Shown here: one piece after another, positions 15,866 to 26,910 of the stretch
How positions within the stretch are numbered: position 1 is the stretch's first letter
Layout of the letters: each line of letters begins with the position of its first letter
Notes under the pieces: generated by a model
The model's database searches: none
Seen by the model: only the letters and a program-made list of their open reading frames with translations
Told to the model about the DNA's origin: nothing
Program-made: the position numbers and the translations under genes
Sequence record: MH517022.1
Source of the DNA: Acinetobacter phage SH-Ab 15599
DNA: 64,000 bases
Direction: 5' to 3' (one strand)

Positions 15866-18800
15866 TCAAACGCAATTCACTCAATTCAGGGGCTTGGTTC
15901 CCTTCAGACGCAAACAGTTCAATGCGAAGTTTTAATCCCAAGAATGTATCTTGAGTATTAATCTCATATTCAGCTTCATATGAATCGGAGTTAGAGTTTT
16001 TGAAGTTCTTAACAACAGAAACATCCTTCCATTCTTTGTTTGTCAAGTTCTCATCCCCAGAAGTCAAATCCTTGTATTTCAACTTCACACTAGAACCATA
16101 TGGAATGTTACCAACCAAGTAGATTCTAGCAGATGTTGAAGGGTTGTTGAACTTCATAGAACGGGTGATGACCTTAGCAATTACATCAGTCGCATTAGTG
16201 CTGATACGCGAACCAATTAATTCAAGTCCAGCTCCATCTAGATCAATCATTGGAGTAACCCATTCATTGTCAGATTTCATTGTAATTGAAAGTTTTGGTT
16301 TAAGGTCTTTAGTTGAAATTCCATCAAATGGCATATCAGCTAATGTATCAGGTAATAGACCTGTGAATGTTGCAGCTGTTCTGTTACCTTGTTGATGAGT
16401 TAACAAGTCAAGAGATAAAGATGTACTATCAAGAACAAATGTTCCTAACCAAGGGCACACTTTATCAAACGGGTTGTTACAAGCTACCATGATAGCGCCA
16501 CCGCCAATGGAACCGCTAACCAAAGCAGGGGTAGTTGCATCAATAGTGAACCAGTCTACATCTGCAGTTACAACGCGTTGTTCTTGGTTGATACGCGATG
16601 CATCAATTCCATTACCAGATACTGCTCCAGTAATAGAGACGTAATCGCCCACTTTCAGACCGTGACCAAGACACTCTACTTTTAACGAAGAGCTTGCTTC
16701 TGTAGTAGAGATTGAGTTGTATGGTAAAAGTCTTGCGCTTGGTGAAGAACCTTCTAAAACGGCGGTATAAGCTGTATCGGTCTTAAATTTACAACCCATG
16801 ATCTTGAATTTCAAGTCTTCTAACTGATTAGGAGTCCAAGTTTGGCCGTTAGAAGATACAAAGAAAACGCCAGTATGAGGTTGTTTAGCAACAACATAGT
16901 TGTTAGCAAGATCAATCTCTCCCATACGAGCTAAGAATACATTGTACTCTTGGGTATCTGCAAGCAATACAATAGCATATTCCTTATCTTTCTCAAGATA
17001 AACAGGATCAGAAAATTCAAATCTTGTTGCTACTGTACCGTTGTTTGAAACATTCACTTGGTCTGGGTTCTTAATAACTTCACCAAACATCAACACTTCA
17101 TTTGAAGGAGTACCATTGTATACATTACGGATTTGCAATGTCACAGGGATACTACGGGCTTTAGTTGAGAAGTAAATGTCAACTGCTTTAATGAACCCAC
17201 CTCCATCTTTAGAGATAGAGAATGTTTGAGCAACAGGGTCACGATTCCAACGCGCTGTAACTCTTGATGAAGATGAAGTCCATTTGGTTTGGATTGCTCT
17301 GAGGGTTTTAGTTACAGTTGTAGTCTTTTGACGAGTCTCTAACTCACCGCCAGATACAAAGGCCGCTTCGCCCATAGTGAAGTTGTTATTTGGATCATCA
17401 GAGTTTGTCTGAGAATCTGTGAACTTCAGAATATTCGTACCATTCTTGAAGCGGAAGTCAGTTGTAGTAGGGATTCTAAATGTTCCTGTTGCTGAGCCGT
17501 TAGCATCAGTTACAATAGCTTCACCAAAGTCCTTACCAGTTTGGCGACACTGAGATGATACTGCAATACCTGAGAAGAATGGATACAAACGAGTCAATGG
17601 TTTGAAACCTTTCAAATCGAATGAAATATCAATACCACGCATGTAAGGTAATACTTGGATTGATACTCTTGAATCAGTAACCTTAACACTTGTACTTTCT
17701 TGAATCTTAGTGTTTACAAATGTATCAGTTGTAGTCTGAATAGTCTCACCTAGACGTTGTGTCAAACGAGTGGTTTCAGATACGACTGAAGAGAGAAGTT
17801 CATCACCTGCTTTCAAACCATTAGTCAAATCATTTGTTTCATTCAAAACGATAGGTTTGTTGTATACAGTATCTTTCCAGAAATCCTGCATTGGATTCAA
17901 AGTAACCGTACCGCCCCAAGTGAATACTGCAAATGGGTTGATGTTAGATGTAGTTGTAGCATAAACCTGAGAAGCAAACTCTACAAGATCATACGGTAAT
18001 GTAACTGTTGAACCATGTTTAACGCCACCACTCAAATATGATAGATCAATACCATTTTGTACGATAGGAGCAGAAACAATTCCTTCTTCAGTATCAATAG
18101 ACGCAGCCCACTCTTGATCTAAAATATCAATCAAACGGAAGTCTTTGAAACGGTCAGCAGCAATACCGTTTTTGTAGCGGTTGTTACCTGTATCTGGATC
18201 CAGAATCTGAGTGCGTTCAGCCTTGGTCTCTACTTGACTCAATGTAGCATAATATTCAACATTTTTCAAGCGTTGATCGATCTTACCAATATCAGCCATT
18301 GTATAGCGTCTATTCTCGACAACACTAGCTTTCACAGACAGAATTGTATCTGTATAAGCAGGAATATTGAGTTGATATAGAGCCATAGAGTCAGCAGGTA
18401 TTTTTGGAGCTACAGGAGTCTCAGATGACGTACCCTTAGCAACAGAATAATTTCCTGCAGCTGAAACGTACAAAATGTCAATACGTGGCAAGAACATTGT
18501 TAAATCAATACGCACGTTATCATTTGGATTAACAATATCATAAGCAGTAGGCAAGTTCGTGAAACTACCGTTAGAAGTCTTCAACAGACGGAAATCAATA
18601 CAGTCAGCAAGGCTGCGCAATACTCGGTCTGAAGACTCTTTAGACGTTGGAATATCAGTACGTGGAACATTATATGAATCTACGCAGAAGAACTCTCCTG
18701 AGTTAGAGTGTTCAAAGTATTCATAAGTCACAGTGATGTTAGCAGTAACAGTACCAGATGTTGAAATCAAAGAACCAGTTTCATACCAGTTAGGGCGTTG

Positions 18801-20663
18801 ACCGTCAAAGAATGTAAACCCTGAAGTCATATCTAAACCACTATCTGTATTGATAACTGAAACAATACGATAGATGTCAGCTTTTGAAAGACTAACAGAA
18901 GACGCATCATTCAATGAAAGATTTTCAGTCGTCTCTCTGAGCGTCTTTGTCTTGTATGTTGGGTTGGTTTTGATGATTGTAGCAATTACACGCAAAGCAA
19001 CGCCAGCATATGAATTGCCGTAGTCAACATTCAAAACTTTACCTGTAGGTGAACCACCTAATGCTAAACCAGTTACAGGTAGAGTTCCAGAACCATTTTG
19101 ACAAACAAGATAGTCCAGAGAATTGATAGAATTAAAGATTTCAGAGCCAGTTAAACCAATTGAAGATTTACCCGTAGCATCTAAAACGATATCAAAAGAA
19201 CGGGTAACATTGAATGTAACATCTAGGCCACCAGTTCCAGTTAATGAACTAACATTTGCATATGGCAGAGGGAATAACAAGCTGTCTACCGTACCACCGA
19301 ACACGCTAGAAACAACTAATGAAGCCTCGAATGTATCTAGAGTTGAAAAACTAGCAACAATACGTTTTACGTTGGAAAACGCTTGGTTAGCGTTCATCTT
19401 GATATCCATTAGATATAATACAAGATTTTCTCCATCGCGTTTAGCAGCACGGACTTTACAAGTCCCGAGAATTGTATTTGCATCATCTACAAGGTTATGA
19501 GTTCTGGTGAGATCCAGTTTTGGCAAACCTTTGATTACACTGGTTACAATATAAGAACCGTATTGAGATTGTACTACACCATTGTTGATGATTTTGGTAT
19601 CTCTGGCCTTCTCTACAACAACATCTTTGTAGTTAGAAATTTCATGACGGTAGCCCTGAACATAAGAAACGCCACGTTTCAAACGCATAACCATCAAAGA
19701 CTCATTACCACCTTCAACTGGAGTATACAATCCATCGACATGTGATTCATCTCGAATATGGTCTAAAATCTCAACAGGAGGGTGAGTGACGGTGTAGTTA
19801 CCAGACTCTTCATATGTGCGTTGAGCCAAGATGTCATTAAAAGCAGCATATTGAGTAGTATCATTGACATTCAACACATCGCCTTCTTGAATTTCTACAA
19901 TTTCAATGAATGTATCATCTTTAGCAGAACGGTCAATTGCTTCAAGACTTAATGAGAGTTTAAGACGACATGCCCCTGCCCCCTTGTAGTTAGGTTCACC
20001 AGAAGCGTTAGAGAATAGCGATGCATCCATAGTCTCATCAATGATTTCTTCATGAATTCTGAAGCCAACCAATTTTGAAGGAGACGGTTCTGGGATCAAG
20101 ATAGATTGAGCTGGAGACAATACAAATGAACCGTTTACAAAATAAACACCTTCAATGATACCAGCATAGAAGCCTTTTGACTTTTCAGCAATAACAGCTG
20201 TAGTGATATCAACTTCAGTACCGTCAATCAATTGAGAAACAATTAACGATTCTTCAAGAGCATATTCTGTTTTAGTTTCGCCGTCTGTATTCAGATACTC
20301 AATAGCAAACCAACCTGTATTACCGCTGATATCCAAGTATTTTAAGATTTTAGCGCGTAAGCCACTGTTTGCTCCACGAAGATAAAAATCATTGCTCTGA
20401 GACAAGAAATTAGATTGGAAATCAGTTGGGAACAATACACGTAATGTATCTTGATCTTCACGAACTGATACTGAACCCTCACCTACAACAGATCCAGATT
20501 TGAAGAAGTGTGAACCAATACGATTAATTTGTTCTTCAATGATTGACTGCAACTGGTTCATTTCACGAACTTGCACAGAACGACCTGGGCGGAACAATAC
20601 CTTGTGGAATCCCTTACTTGGATCAAAGTCATCGTAGAAAGGTGATGCGTTTGTGTCAACCAT
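15852..20663 (-). CDS. giant virion structural protein (1603 aa); baseplate or fibre component
   Basis: Very long ORF rich in T, S, N and G inside the structural module. Followed by a terminator. Confidence 0.7.
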   Translation of the reverse strand: MVDTNASPFYDDFDPSKGFHKVLFRPGRSVQVREMNQLQSIIEEQINRIGSHFFKSGSVVGEGSVSVREDQDTLRVLFPTDFQSNFLSQSNDFYLRGANSGLRAKILKYLDISGNTGWFAIEYLNTDGETKTEYALEESLIVSQLIDGTEVDITTAVIAEKSKGFYAGIIEGVYFVNGSFVLSPAQSILIPEPSPSKLVGFRIHEEIIDETMDASLFSNASGEPNYKGAGACRLKLSLSLEAIDRSAKDDTFIEIVEIQEGDVLNVNDTTQYAAFNDILAQRTYEESGNYTVTHPPVEILDHIRDESHVDGLYTPVEGGNESLMVMRLKRGVSYVQGYRHEISNYKDVVVEKARDTKIINNGVVQSQYGSYIVTSVIKGLPKLDLTRTHNLVDDANTILGTCKVRAAKRDGENLVLYLMDIKMNANQAFSNVKRIVASFSTLDTFEASLVVSSVFGGTVDSLLFPLPYANVSSLTGTGGLDVTFNVTRSFDIVLDATGKSSIGLTGSEIFNSINSLDYLVCQNGSGTLPVTGLALGGSPTGKVLNVDYGNSYAGVALRVIATIIKTNPTYKTKTLRETTENLSLNDASSVSLSKADIYRIVSVINTDSGLDMTSGFTFFDGQRPNWYETGSLISTSGTVTANITVTYEYFEHSNSGEFFCVDSYNVPRTDIPTSKESSDRVLRSLADCIDFRLLKTSNGSFTNLPTAYDIVNPNDNVRIDLTMFLPRIDILYVSAAGNYSVAKGTSSETPVAPKIPADSMALYQLNIPAYTDTILSVKASVVENRRYTMADIGKIDQRLKNVEYYATLSQVETKAERTQILDPDTGNNRYKNGIAADRFKDFRLIDILDQEWAASIDTEEGIVSAPIVQNGIDLSYLSGGVKHGSTVTLPYDLVEFASQVYATTTSNINPFAVFTWGGTVTLNPMQDFWKDTVYNKPIVLNETNDLTNGLKAGDELLSSVVSETTRLTQRLGETIQTTTDTFVNTKIQESTSVKVTDSRVSIQVLPYMRGIDISFDLKGFKPLTRLYPFFSGIAVSSQCRQTGKDFGEAIVTDANGSATGTFRIPTTTDFRFKNGTNILKFTDSQTNSDDPNNNFTMGEAAFVSGGELETRQKTTTVTKTLRAIQTKWTSSSSRVTARWNRDPVAQTFSISKDGGGFIKAVDIYFSTKARSIPVTLQIRNVYNGTPSNEVLMFGEVIKNPDQVNVSNNGTVATRFEFSDPVYLEKDKEYAIVLLADTQEYNVFLARMGEIDLANNYVVAKQPHTGVFFVSSNGQTWTPNQLEDLKFKIMGCKFKTDTAYTAVLEGSSPSARLLPYNSISTTEASSSLKVECLGHGLKVGDYVSITGAVSGNGIDASRINQEQRVVTADVDWFTIDATTPALVSGSIGGGAIMVACNNPFDKVCPWLGTFVLDSTSLSLDLLTHQQGNRTAATFTGLLPDTLADMPFDGISTKDLKPKLSITMKSDNEWVTPMIDLDGAGLELIGSRISTNATDVIAKVITRSMKFNNPSTSARIYLVGNIPYGSSVKLKYKDLTSGDENLTNKEWKDVSVVKNFKNSNSDSYEAEYEINTQDTFLGLKLRIELFASEGNQAPELSELRLIALA

Positions 20664-20718
20664 TCTGGTATCTCCAATGTTGAAATTATGTGTACTATAT
20701 TGTTTTATTTAGTTAAAA

Positions 20719-20748
20719 GACAAAAGAAAGGGAGCCATTAAGCTCCCT
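20719..20748 (-). terminator. rho-independent terminator (minus strand; AGGGAGC-loop-GCTCCCT plus TTTCTTTTG)
   Basis: Located after the stop of the 935-aa gene. Confidence 0.55.
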
Positions 20749-20754
20749 TGATCT

Positions 20755-23562
20755 TTACCATCCACCCCGTATATAGGAGTTTTCATTGTAGTACTGAGAT
20801 GATGTGATCAAGCTGCCATTCTTCTTGATAACAAGAGTTCCGGAACCAGATTTGATATTACCGTATGTTCCAGCCGCCGTATTAGAACCAGAACCTGTTG
20901 CAACAGAACCCGATAGACCTGCATCACCACCTTTACCACCGTTGAATACAGTAGTTACAGAAGTGCCTGGGTCAGTATAAGAATATGAACCGCCATCTCC
21001 ACCGATTGTTCTAGTTGCAACAACACCATTGTAATCGCCTGTACCAGCTGCACCTGTAGAAGCGCCACCGCCCCCGCCAATGTTCTTTCCATTAACAGCT
21101 ACACCGCCGCCGCCGCCGCCGCCTGATGCAATGATACAATCGGAGGTAGAGATGTTCAAGTTCAGAGTAAGACCAGAACCTACTTCAATACATGGCCCAC
21201 CGTTTGCTCCTACTTGAGAAAGACCAGGAGATGCACCCTTACCACCTTTACCTACAACGCCGCCAGTACTGTTCCAGAAAATGTTCATTTCTGTACCAGC
21301 TAACCAGTTAACATTTCTCAGAGCAGCGCCCAGAGTAGAAGACGCTGTGAACCAACACTCTCCAGTAATGTACAAGTTACAAATCCAAGCAACGTCTTGA
21401 GTGCCAAATTGGGCTTCAAACAACGACTTGAGATCAACATCTGTAAGGTTTGAACCAGAGAGATACATATTCATCACAGGTGTCAAAGAGGTATCTTTCA
21501 CCAGTAATTGTTTGTTTGAATCTCCTACAACTTGAGATGTAGTTTGGTTGACCCATTCCATCAATAACAATTCATCTCCTTCAGTCTTCTTATCAGCAAT
21601 GATTTCAATCTTTTGAGCAAGAATCATATTGCCTGTATATTGTTTAGCGACCATTGTACTGTTAGTGATATCAACATCTTGTCCTTCTACGATTTCACCT
21701 GTTGTAGATACTGATTTAATTGTAGGTTTGAAATAGGTATTGATAAGCGTTCCAGACGGTACTCTTAGGATCAAATAAACTGTTTTACCTTCATCAGATT
21801 GAGTGATGATATCCGTCCCATTTGGATTAGTTGAATACCAAGTTTCAGCCTTCCAAGCAGTGTCAATAATGATGAGAGCAGTAGATGTAACAACAGCACC
21901 TAAACGTCTCACTTCAAGAGTGATTGTTTCTGTACCTTCATATGGTTTAGTTGGATCAGCCTCTAATGTAACAGGTACAATAATCAAGTTATTGTTAATG
22001 TTTCTTGGAGTACCAAATTCAACAATGTTACTGATATCCGAGTCACTTGAACTGGTAAATGTGAATTCAGTACCATTTGCTACATATTTTGTTTCAAGAA
22101 CCAAATAAACAGTATCGCCTTCATTAGCTTGGGTAATGGTATTTGATCCATCTGCATAGCGAGAGACTCTTGATGCATACTCCGGAGGGCCAGATACATC
22201 AATAACATCTATTTCTTTGAAAGTATTAGATGCTGACAAAGTGAAACGTAACTTCTCAGTTGCTTCAGGTAAAAAGTCTTGTACAATAGGAATATCTACA
22301 ATACCGTTGCCACTTCTGATTTCTACATTCCCAGATAATGGGATACCAATATCGGATTGCGATACTTGAGTGATGTTATATGCCAATAAAGAACCGTCTG
22401 CATTTTGAGGGGCGTTAACAATAACGCGTAGCATTTGTCCTTCACTGACAGTTGTAGATTCAATAAACGCAGAACCCTGTAATATACCCATCTGTAAAGA
22501 ATATGTCATTTCTTCTGATGAAGAGTATGATTCCATGATTGTCCAGTTGATCTTCCCTGTCCAGTTACCACCAGAATCATTTTTAGCAACAAGTCCAAAT
22601 GATCCATTAGCCCGATTTGTTACTTCAACGCCTCCGCAGACAGCTGAGATTTTCTCTGGAGTAGTCAGAATTACAAATCTTTCTCTTGAGAGATCAATGC
22701 CTGGAACGGATACATCAAATGGGGATGTAGGACTGAATGTAGTCACTGCGCTCCCAGCTGCTACAACCTTCGGATAAATCTTAGTTGTATAGATTTGAGT
22801 CCAGAACCCATAAGCGCCGTTGACCTTAGAACGGAAATACATCTCATTTTCTTCTGAGATGAACATTTGCGCTCCCATTGAGGCGTTATATGTTCCTGCA
22901 ATTGTTTGACAAACGCCTTTACCATTCGCATTAGGTCTAGAGCCAGGAGTAGCTGGATTACAATAAACGATAGATGAGAATGAAATTGAGTTCAAGTCTA
23001 CATTGACCCCAGCTGCATCATCTTTCACTTCAACGCTGTTAACATACCCGTATTTGCGTTGTACAACGGTACGCTCAAACAAATTGTAATTTGTTGACGG
23101 CGATAAACGACCTTGAGTACTGAGACCAGTAATTTCAACAGATGCTGCATCATAAACTGTGCTGATAGCAGTCATGGTCAGAATGATACCTACTGAAGTG
23201 GTACCAATCTTTTGCGCCAATGATAATTCTTTAAATTTGAATAAAGATGGATCTTCATTCAGAACGCTAATGATATTCACACTGTTATCGATAGCCGCGC
23301 CCGTATTTCTACCTTGACCACTAACTGCTACGACAAGATTGAAACGCTTTCTGTTCATAGAGAAATCAATAATGTAGAATCCATTAATCAATTCCCCCTC
23401 GTCAATCAATACGTTGTATTCCCCGTCCTTTCTTGTAACAACAATAGGAGAGGGAGTTGTATCAATCGTCATGTTTTTGTCAAAAGACATATATCCCAAC
23501 CCAGAAATATTCGGGGCTTGAATACCCTGAGGGAACTGGGTTGCTACATTATTATCAGACAT
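20755..23562 (-). CDS. structural protein (935 aa) with a glycine-rich C-terminal region; paralogue of the 24005..26437 gene
   Basis: Poly-Gly tracts (GGGGGGGVAVNGKNIGGGGGAS...). Shares blocks with the 810-aa protein, including MYFRSK and IGIPLSGN...G.VDIPIV.D..PE..E. Confidence 0.65.
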   Translation of the reverse strand: MSDNNVATQFPQGIQAPNISGLGYMSFDKNMTIDTTPSPIVVTRKDGEYNVLIDEGELINGFYIIDFSMNRKRFNLVVAVSGQGRNTGAAIDNSVNIISVLNEDPSLFKFKELSLAQKIGTTSVGIILTMTAISTVYDAASVEITGLSTQGRLSPSTNYNLFERTVVQRKYGYVNSVEVKDDAAGVNVDLNSISFSSIVYCNPATPGSRPNANGKGVCQTIAGTYNASMGAQMFISEENEMYFRSKVNGAYGFWTQIYTTKIYPKVVAAGSAVTTFSPTSPFDVSVPGIDLSRERFVILTTPEKISAVCGGVEVTNRANGSFGLVAKNDSGGNWTGKINWTIMESYSSSEEMTYSLQMGILQGSAFIESTTVSEGQMLRVIVNAPQNADGSLLAYNITQVSQSDIGIPLSGNVEIRSGNGIVDIPIVQDFLPEATEKLRFTLSASNTFKEIDVIDVSGPPEYASRVSRYADGSNTITQANEGDTVYLVLETKYVANGTEFTFTSSSDSDISNIVEFGTPRNINNNLIIVPVTLEADPTKPYEGTETITLEVRRLGAVVTSTALIIIDTAWKAETWYSTNPNGTDIITQSDEGKTVYLILRVPSGTLINTYFKPTIKSVSTTGEIVEGQDVDITNSTMVAKQYTGNMILAQKIEIIADKKTEGDELLLMEWVNQTTSQVVGDSNKQLLVKDTSLTPVMNMYLSGSNLTDVDLKSLFEAQFGTQDVAWICNLYITGECWFTASSTLGAALRNVNWLAGTEMNIFWNSTGGVVGKGGKGASPGLSQVGANGGPCIEVGSGLTLNLNISTSDCIIASGGGGGGGVAVNGKNIGGGGGASTGAAGTGDYNGVVATRTIGGDGGSYSYTDPGTSVTTVFNGGKGGDAGLSGSVATGSGSNTAAGTYGNIKSGSGTLVIKKNGSLITSSQYYNENSYIRGGW

Positions 23563-23586
23563 TAGTCAAATCCTCTGCTTCATACG

Positions 23587-23595
23587 TTATTTATG
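23587..23595 (-). promoter_or_regulatory. late-promoter-like motif CATAAATAA (T4 TATAAATA / NATAAATA type), 26 nt upstream of the start
   Basis: Motif read on the minus strand. Confidence 0.3.
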
Positions 23596-23600
23596 TTATA

Positions 23601-24002
23601 TCACACTTTCAACGCATAATACTTGTATCCTATTACTTTATCAGCATAGTTGACGTGTTGTATCTGAATGATTACATTACCAAACCAATTTGATGGTATT
23701 GAGAACAACCAAATACATTCACTGCCATTTACAAATTTGATTTCAGTCAATTCCATACGAGCTGTTGATTCAGTACCCACGGGTTGAATAAAGGCTCTTA
23801 ATGTATCTCCGTTCACCAATCCACTAAAAGATTTCAATGAAATGGTATGTTGAGTTGATTTTTTAATATCATTGACCTCAACATTATTCAACTTCACCAT
23901 TGGGACAACAGTAGAGGCTCTGGTCACTCTTGACACTTGAGCCATACCCGTTTTGAGAGGGTTGTTGTTATGTTTTACTGTAGCAACTACTGTAGCAGCC
24001 AT
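23601..24002 (-). CDS. small structural-module protein (about 134 aa; start MAATVV)
   Basis: Sits between the two large paralogues. The longer ORF would overlap the upstream gene. Confidence 0.45.
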   Translation of the reverse strand: MAATVVATVKHNNNPLKTGMAQVSRVTRASTVVPMVKLNNVEVNDIKKSTQHTISLKSFSGLVNGDTLRAFIQPVGTESTARMELTEIKFVNGSECIWLFSIPSNWFGNVIIQIQHVNYADKVIGYKYYALKV

Positions 24003-24004
24003 GT

Positions 24005-26437
24005 TTATCTCCCAGAAATCCAACCAGAATAGTTTCTGATATCTACATTATGTTCATTTGTTTCAATAATTTTACCCTTCAAACCGCCCTTGCCTGGAGC
24101 TAAAGCAACATACCAAGTACCAGTATAGTTGAATATTCCGTCACTGCCGTCGGCTCCAATGTCGCCGCCATTGCCTGGTTTCATAGGGCGCATAGTTGGG
24201 TCATACTGTTGAGGAGCCGTTGTAGCGTTCCCTACTGGTCCAACGTCTGTTTGAACTTCTTGTCCAGACGGGTATCGTCTATAAACTTTATCATTTTTGG
24301 AATAGGCTGAAAAGTCGTAAGCATCAGTCCAGATCGGCCAAGACTGTAGATCGGGAGAAATTAGAGTTTGAGGCGTGTACATCATTTTAGGCGTAATTCC
24401 ATAAGGAGCGCCGCCGCTTCCAGCTACAATAGGGTGCCAAGCGTTTCGGTTACTCATTTCAGTACTTGCGCCCACACCAGAAGCGCCACCTCCGCCGCCG
24501 CCTCCAGCTACAACTCCATAGTTCTCAAAGATCAAGAAATTGTTATTTGATCCAGATATACAACTCCCGCCATCCTCTCCATTAAAGTTTGTTGTATTCA
24601 AAGGGGATATTGCATATCCACCTTGACCACCTCTGCCCCAGACAGAACCAAAGTTTACATACTTGATCTTTGACCCATAAGGGAAATCTCCAACAGTGAT
24701 AGCTGAGATGGCAGTAGACGATGCTACAACAACCGTTCCATAGTTTTGAGTAAACTTGATGTTCACAGGGTTGGTTACATCTACGCCCTTTGACTTAGCA
24801 AAATTGTAAAGATTCAAATCAACCATATCTGTAGAAATGTTAATAACAATTTCATTTACAACTGGTTGGTTAAACAACAACGGATAATAAAAGCGCCCGT
24901 TATTATCCAGTGAAACATCTATCTCATTGGGAACGGAGTTGATAAGAGAGGATGCAAAGTCGGAACCTTCAAAGGAAAGTCTATATGTTTGCTGAGGGTC
25001 ATAAACAATACCCACGACCTGAACATATAATACAAATCCATCTTTCAGATCAGTGACAGGCATATTACCTTGGATATCAGAAGAGAAATATACATTAAAT
25101 TCAGGTGCAATTGAAGTATCTTGAATTATCATAGAAGCTGACACGCCAGAACCATTTTGTAATGTTAGGGTCATTGTTTCTTGACCTTCTGGTGTCATAT
25201 CTTTGATTACTGGAACATCTATTACACCAGAGGAGTTCATGATAGTGAAATTACCAGATAATGGGATACCAATATCGGTCTCTGTAACGCCAGTAATCAA
25301 AAATGGAATCAGCGTACCGTTAGGGACATTCAAAGTCGAAAGAACGAATCTTACAGTTTGCCCCTCCTCAACCGAAGTAACTGGAGTTGTATCTGACCCA
25401 TCTAAGCGTCCAGCATACATATTATATCTTGGCGCGTTAGAAGGAGCGTAAGCCTCTGATATGTTATAATTGATTACGCCCGCCCAAGCTGTCTTCAAAA
25501 CAATATCAAAGAATCCATAACCTCTATCAGCAATCTGAGGAGTTGGAGATAGATCAATGTTATCATATTGGGTAGACATATTGATAACATAAGCTTCGTT
25601 GGTAAGATCAATGTTGCCTACGCTTATTCTGATCAATTGGGTTCCAGTACCAGCTGCTACAAATTGAATACCACTTTTGACCAGTTTAGGATATTTGTCA
25701 TCACTTAATGCTTCCTCCCAACTTGTACCCGTTGATCTGAAATACATCTTTCTGTTTTCTGAGACAAATATCTGATTGACCTTATCGCCAAAGGCAAAGG
25801 TCATACAAACGCCAACCCCGTTGAAATCTGGTCTAGAATTAACAGAAGCTGGTTGACATAAATTGATGGAGTTTTCTTTGATATTATTCAAATCAACATT
25901 TGTAATGTCATCAACTCTTAGAATATTCTTTGGATTAATGATAGAGGCGTCAATATTATTAGTGTAATTGTTATAATTGAGATTTGGAGAGACTTCTATC
26001 TGTGAACCAATATGAACAATTGAGCAACTTAATGGGCCGTGAGTTCCAGCGCCGTTGGTTCCAATTTTCAATAACAAACCTACATCTGTTGATGCATTAG
26101 CTCTTAAATCAACATCTTTGAGATAAATTGGGCCTGGGTTTGAGATGCTCAAGATGTTGAGTGTGTTACTACCTGAATCAGCTGATTGTCTTCCATTAGC
26201 TGAAGCCAGGATCATGAGTTTTTCATTATCTGGGTTAGTGAATGTAATGAAATACAGACCACTTATGGTTTGTTTTGAGTCTACAACAAATAAATATTCA
26301 TCGCCATTAACAGGAATATTAGCAACATCCTTTCTTGAGCTGCCAAAATTTCTAGAGAATTTCAATCCATCGATACCAATGAGGCTTTTTGCTCCAACTC
26401 CTCTAGGGTAGATGGATGGTAATTTCACGTCAGCCAT
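24005..26437 (-). CDS. structural protein (810 aa), glycine-rich; paralogue of the 20755..23562 gene
   Basis: Shared N-terminal and central blocks plus Gly-rich tract (GGGGGGASGVGAS...GNGGDIGADGSDG). Confidence 0.65.
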   Translation of the reverse strand: MADVKLPSIYPRGVGAKSLIGIDGLKFSRNFGSSRKDVANIPVNGDEYLFVVDSKQTISGLYFITFTNPDNEKLMILASANGRQSADSGSNTLNILSISNPGPIYLKDVDLRANASTDVGLLLKIGTNGAGTHGPLSCSIVHIGSQIEVSPNLNYNNYTNNIDASIINPKNILRVDDITNVDLNNIKENSINLCQPASVNSRPDFNGVGVCMTFAFGDKVNQIFVSENRKMYFRSTGTSWEEALSDDKYPKLVKSGIQFVAAGTGTQLIRISVGNIDLTNEAYVINMSTQYDNIDLSPTPQIADRGYGFFDIVLKTAWAGVINYNISEAYAPSNAPRYNMYAGRLDGSDTTPVTSVEEGQTVRFVLSTLNVPNGTLIPFLITGVTETDIGIPLSGNFTIMNSSGVIDVPVIKDMTPEGQETMTLTLQNGSGVSASMIIQDTSIAPEFNVYFSSDIQGNMPVTDLKDGFVLYVQVVGIVYDPQQTYRLSFEGSDFASSLINSVPNEIDVSLDNNGRFYYPLLFNQPVVNEIVINISTDMVDLNLYNFAKSKGVDVTNPVNIKFTQNYGTVVVASSTAISAITVGDFPYGSKIKYVNFGSVWGRGGQGGYAISPLNTTNFNGEDGGSCISGSNNNFLIFENYGVVAGGGGGGGASGVGASTEMSNRNAWHPIVAGSGGAPYGITPKMMYTPQTLISPDLQSWPIWTDAYDFSAYSKNDKVYRRYPSGQEVQTDVGPVGNATTAPQQYDPTMRPMKPGNGGDIGADGSDGIFNYTGTWYVALAPGKGGLKGKIIETNEHNVDIRNYSGWISGR

Positions 26438-26458
26438 TTCTTTATCTCAATAATTGCC

Positions 26459-26466
26459 AATTTATA
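26459..26466 (-). promoter_or_regulatory. late-promoter-like TATAAATT, 22-29 nt upstream of the start at 26437
   Basis: Plus strand reads aatttata; the reverse complement is TATAAATT. Confidence 0.25.
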
Positions 26467-26523
26467 CTTTATTTACAAAACATTCAAGATTGTAAATAAT
26501 ACTGAGCAAGAGAGGAAATCAAC

Positions 26524-26910
26524 ATGACTCCTAAGAACCATCTTACATTGGAATGTCACTACGGCACCAATCTGACAACTACGGTGACAGGTATTGATCC
26601 AGAGACGTCATTAACGTACCGTTTTGATCAGTTCACAGATATTCAAATGCACATTTCAGTATCTGCAATTGACCCTCCATACAAAATCGTACCCCTAGAA
26701 TTTGATCAGGGCGATCCTAGACAATTGGTTGTGGAGGTATTAGAGACGCAATTGATGAACTCAGATGTAGTGTCATCAATGGTATTAGTGAATCCACCGC
26801 CTTACTTTGTATTTTCAATAATTGGAAAGAAAGACGGCGTTAACAAGGTGTTGTTTGATGGTATAATCAATTATACCAGATTTGGAGCTATGAAGTTCTC
26901 ACGACTTTGA
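26524..26910 (+). CDS. hypothetical protein (128 aa); the only plus-strand gene inside the minus-strand structural block
   Basis: Strong GAGAGGAAA RBS. Convergent with the gp25-like gene. Confidence 0.5.
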   Translation: MTPKNHLTLECHYGTNLTTTVTGIDPETSLTYRFDQFTDIQMHISVSAIDPPYKIVPLEFDQGDPRQLVVEVLETQLMNSDVVSSMVLVNPPPYFVFSIIGKKDGVNKVLFDGIINYTRFGAMKFSRL

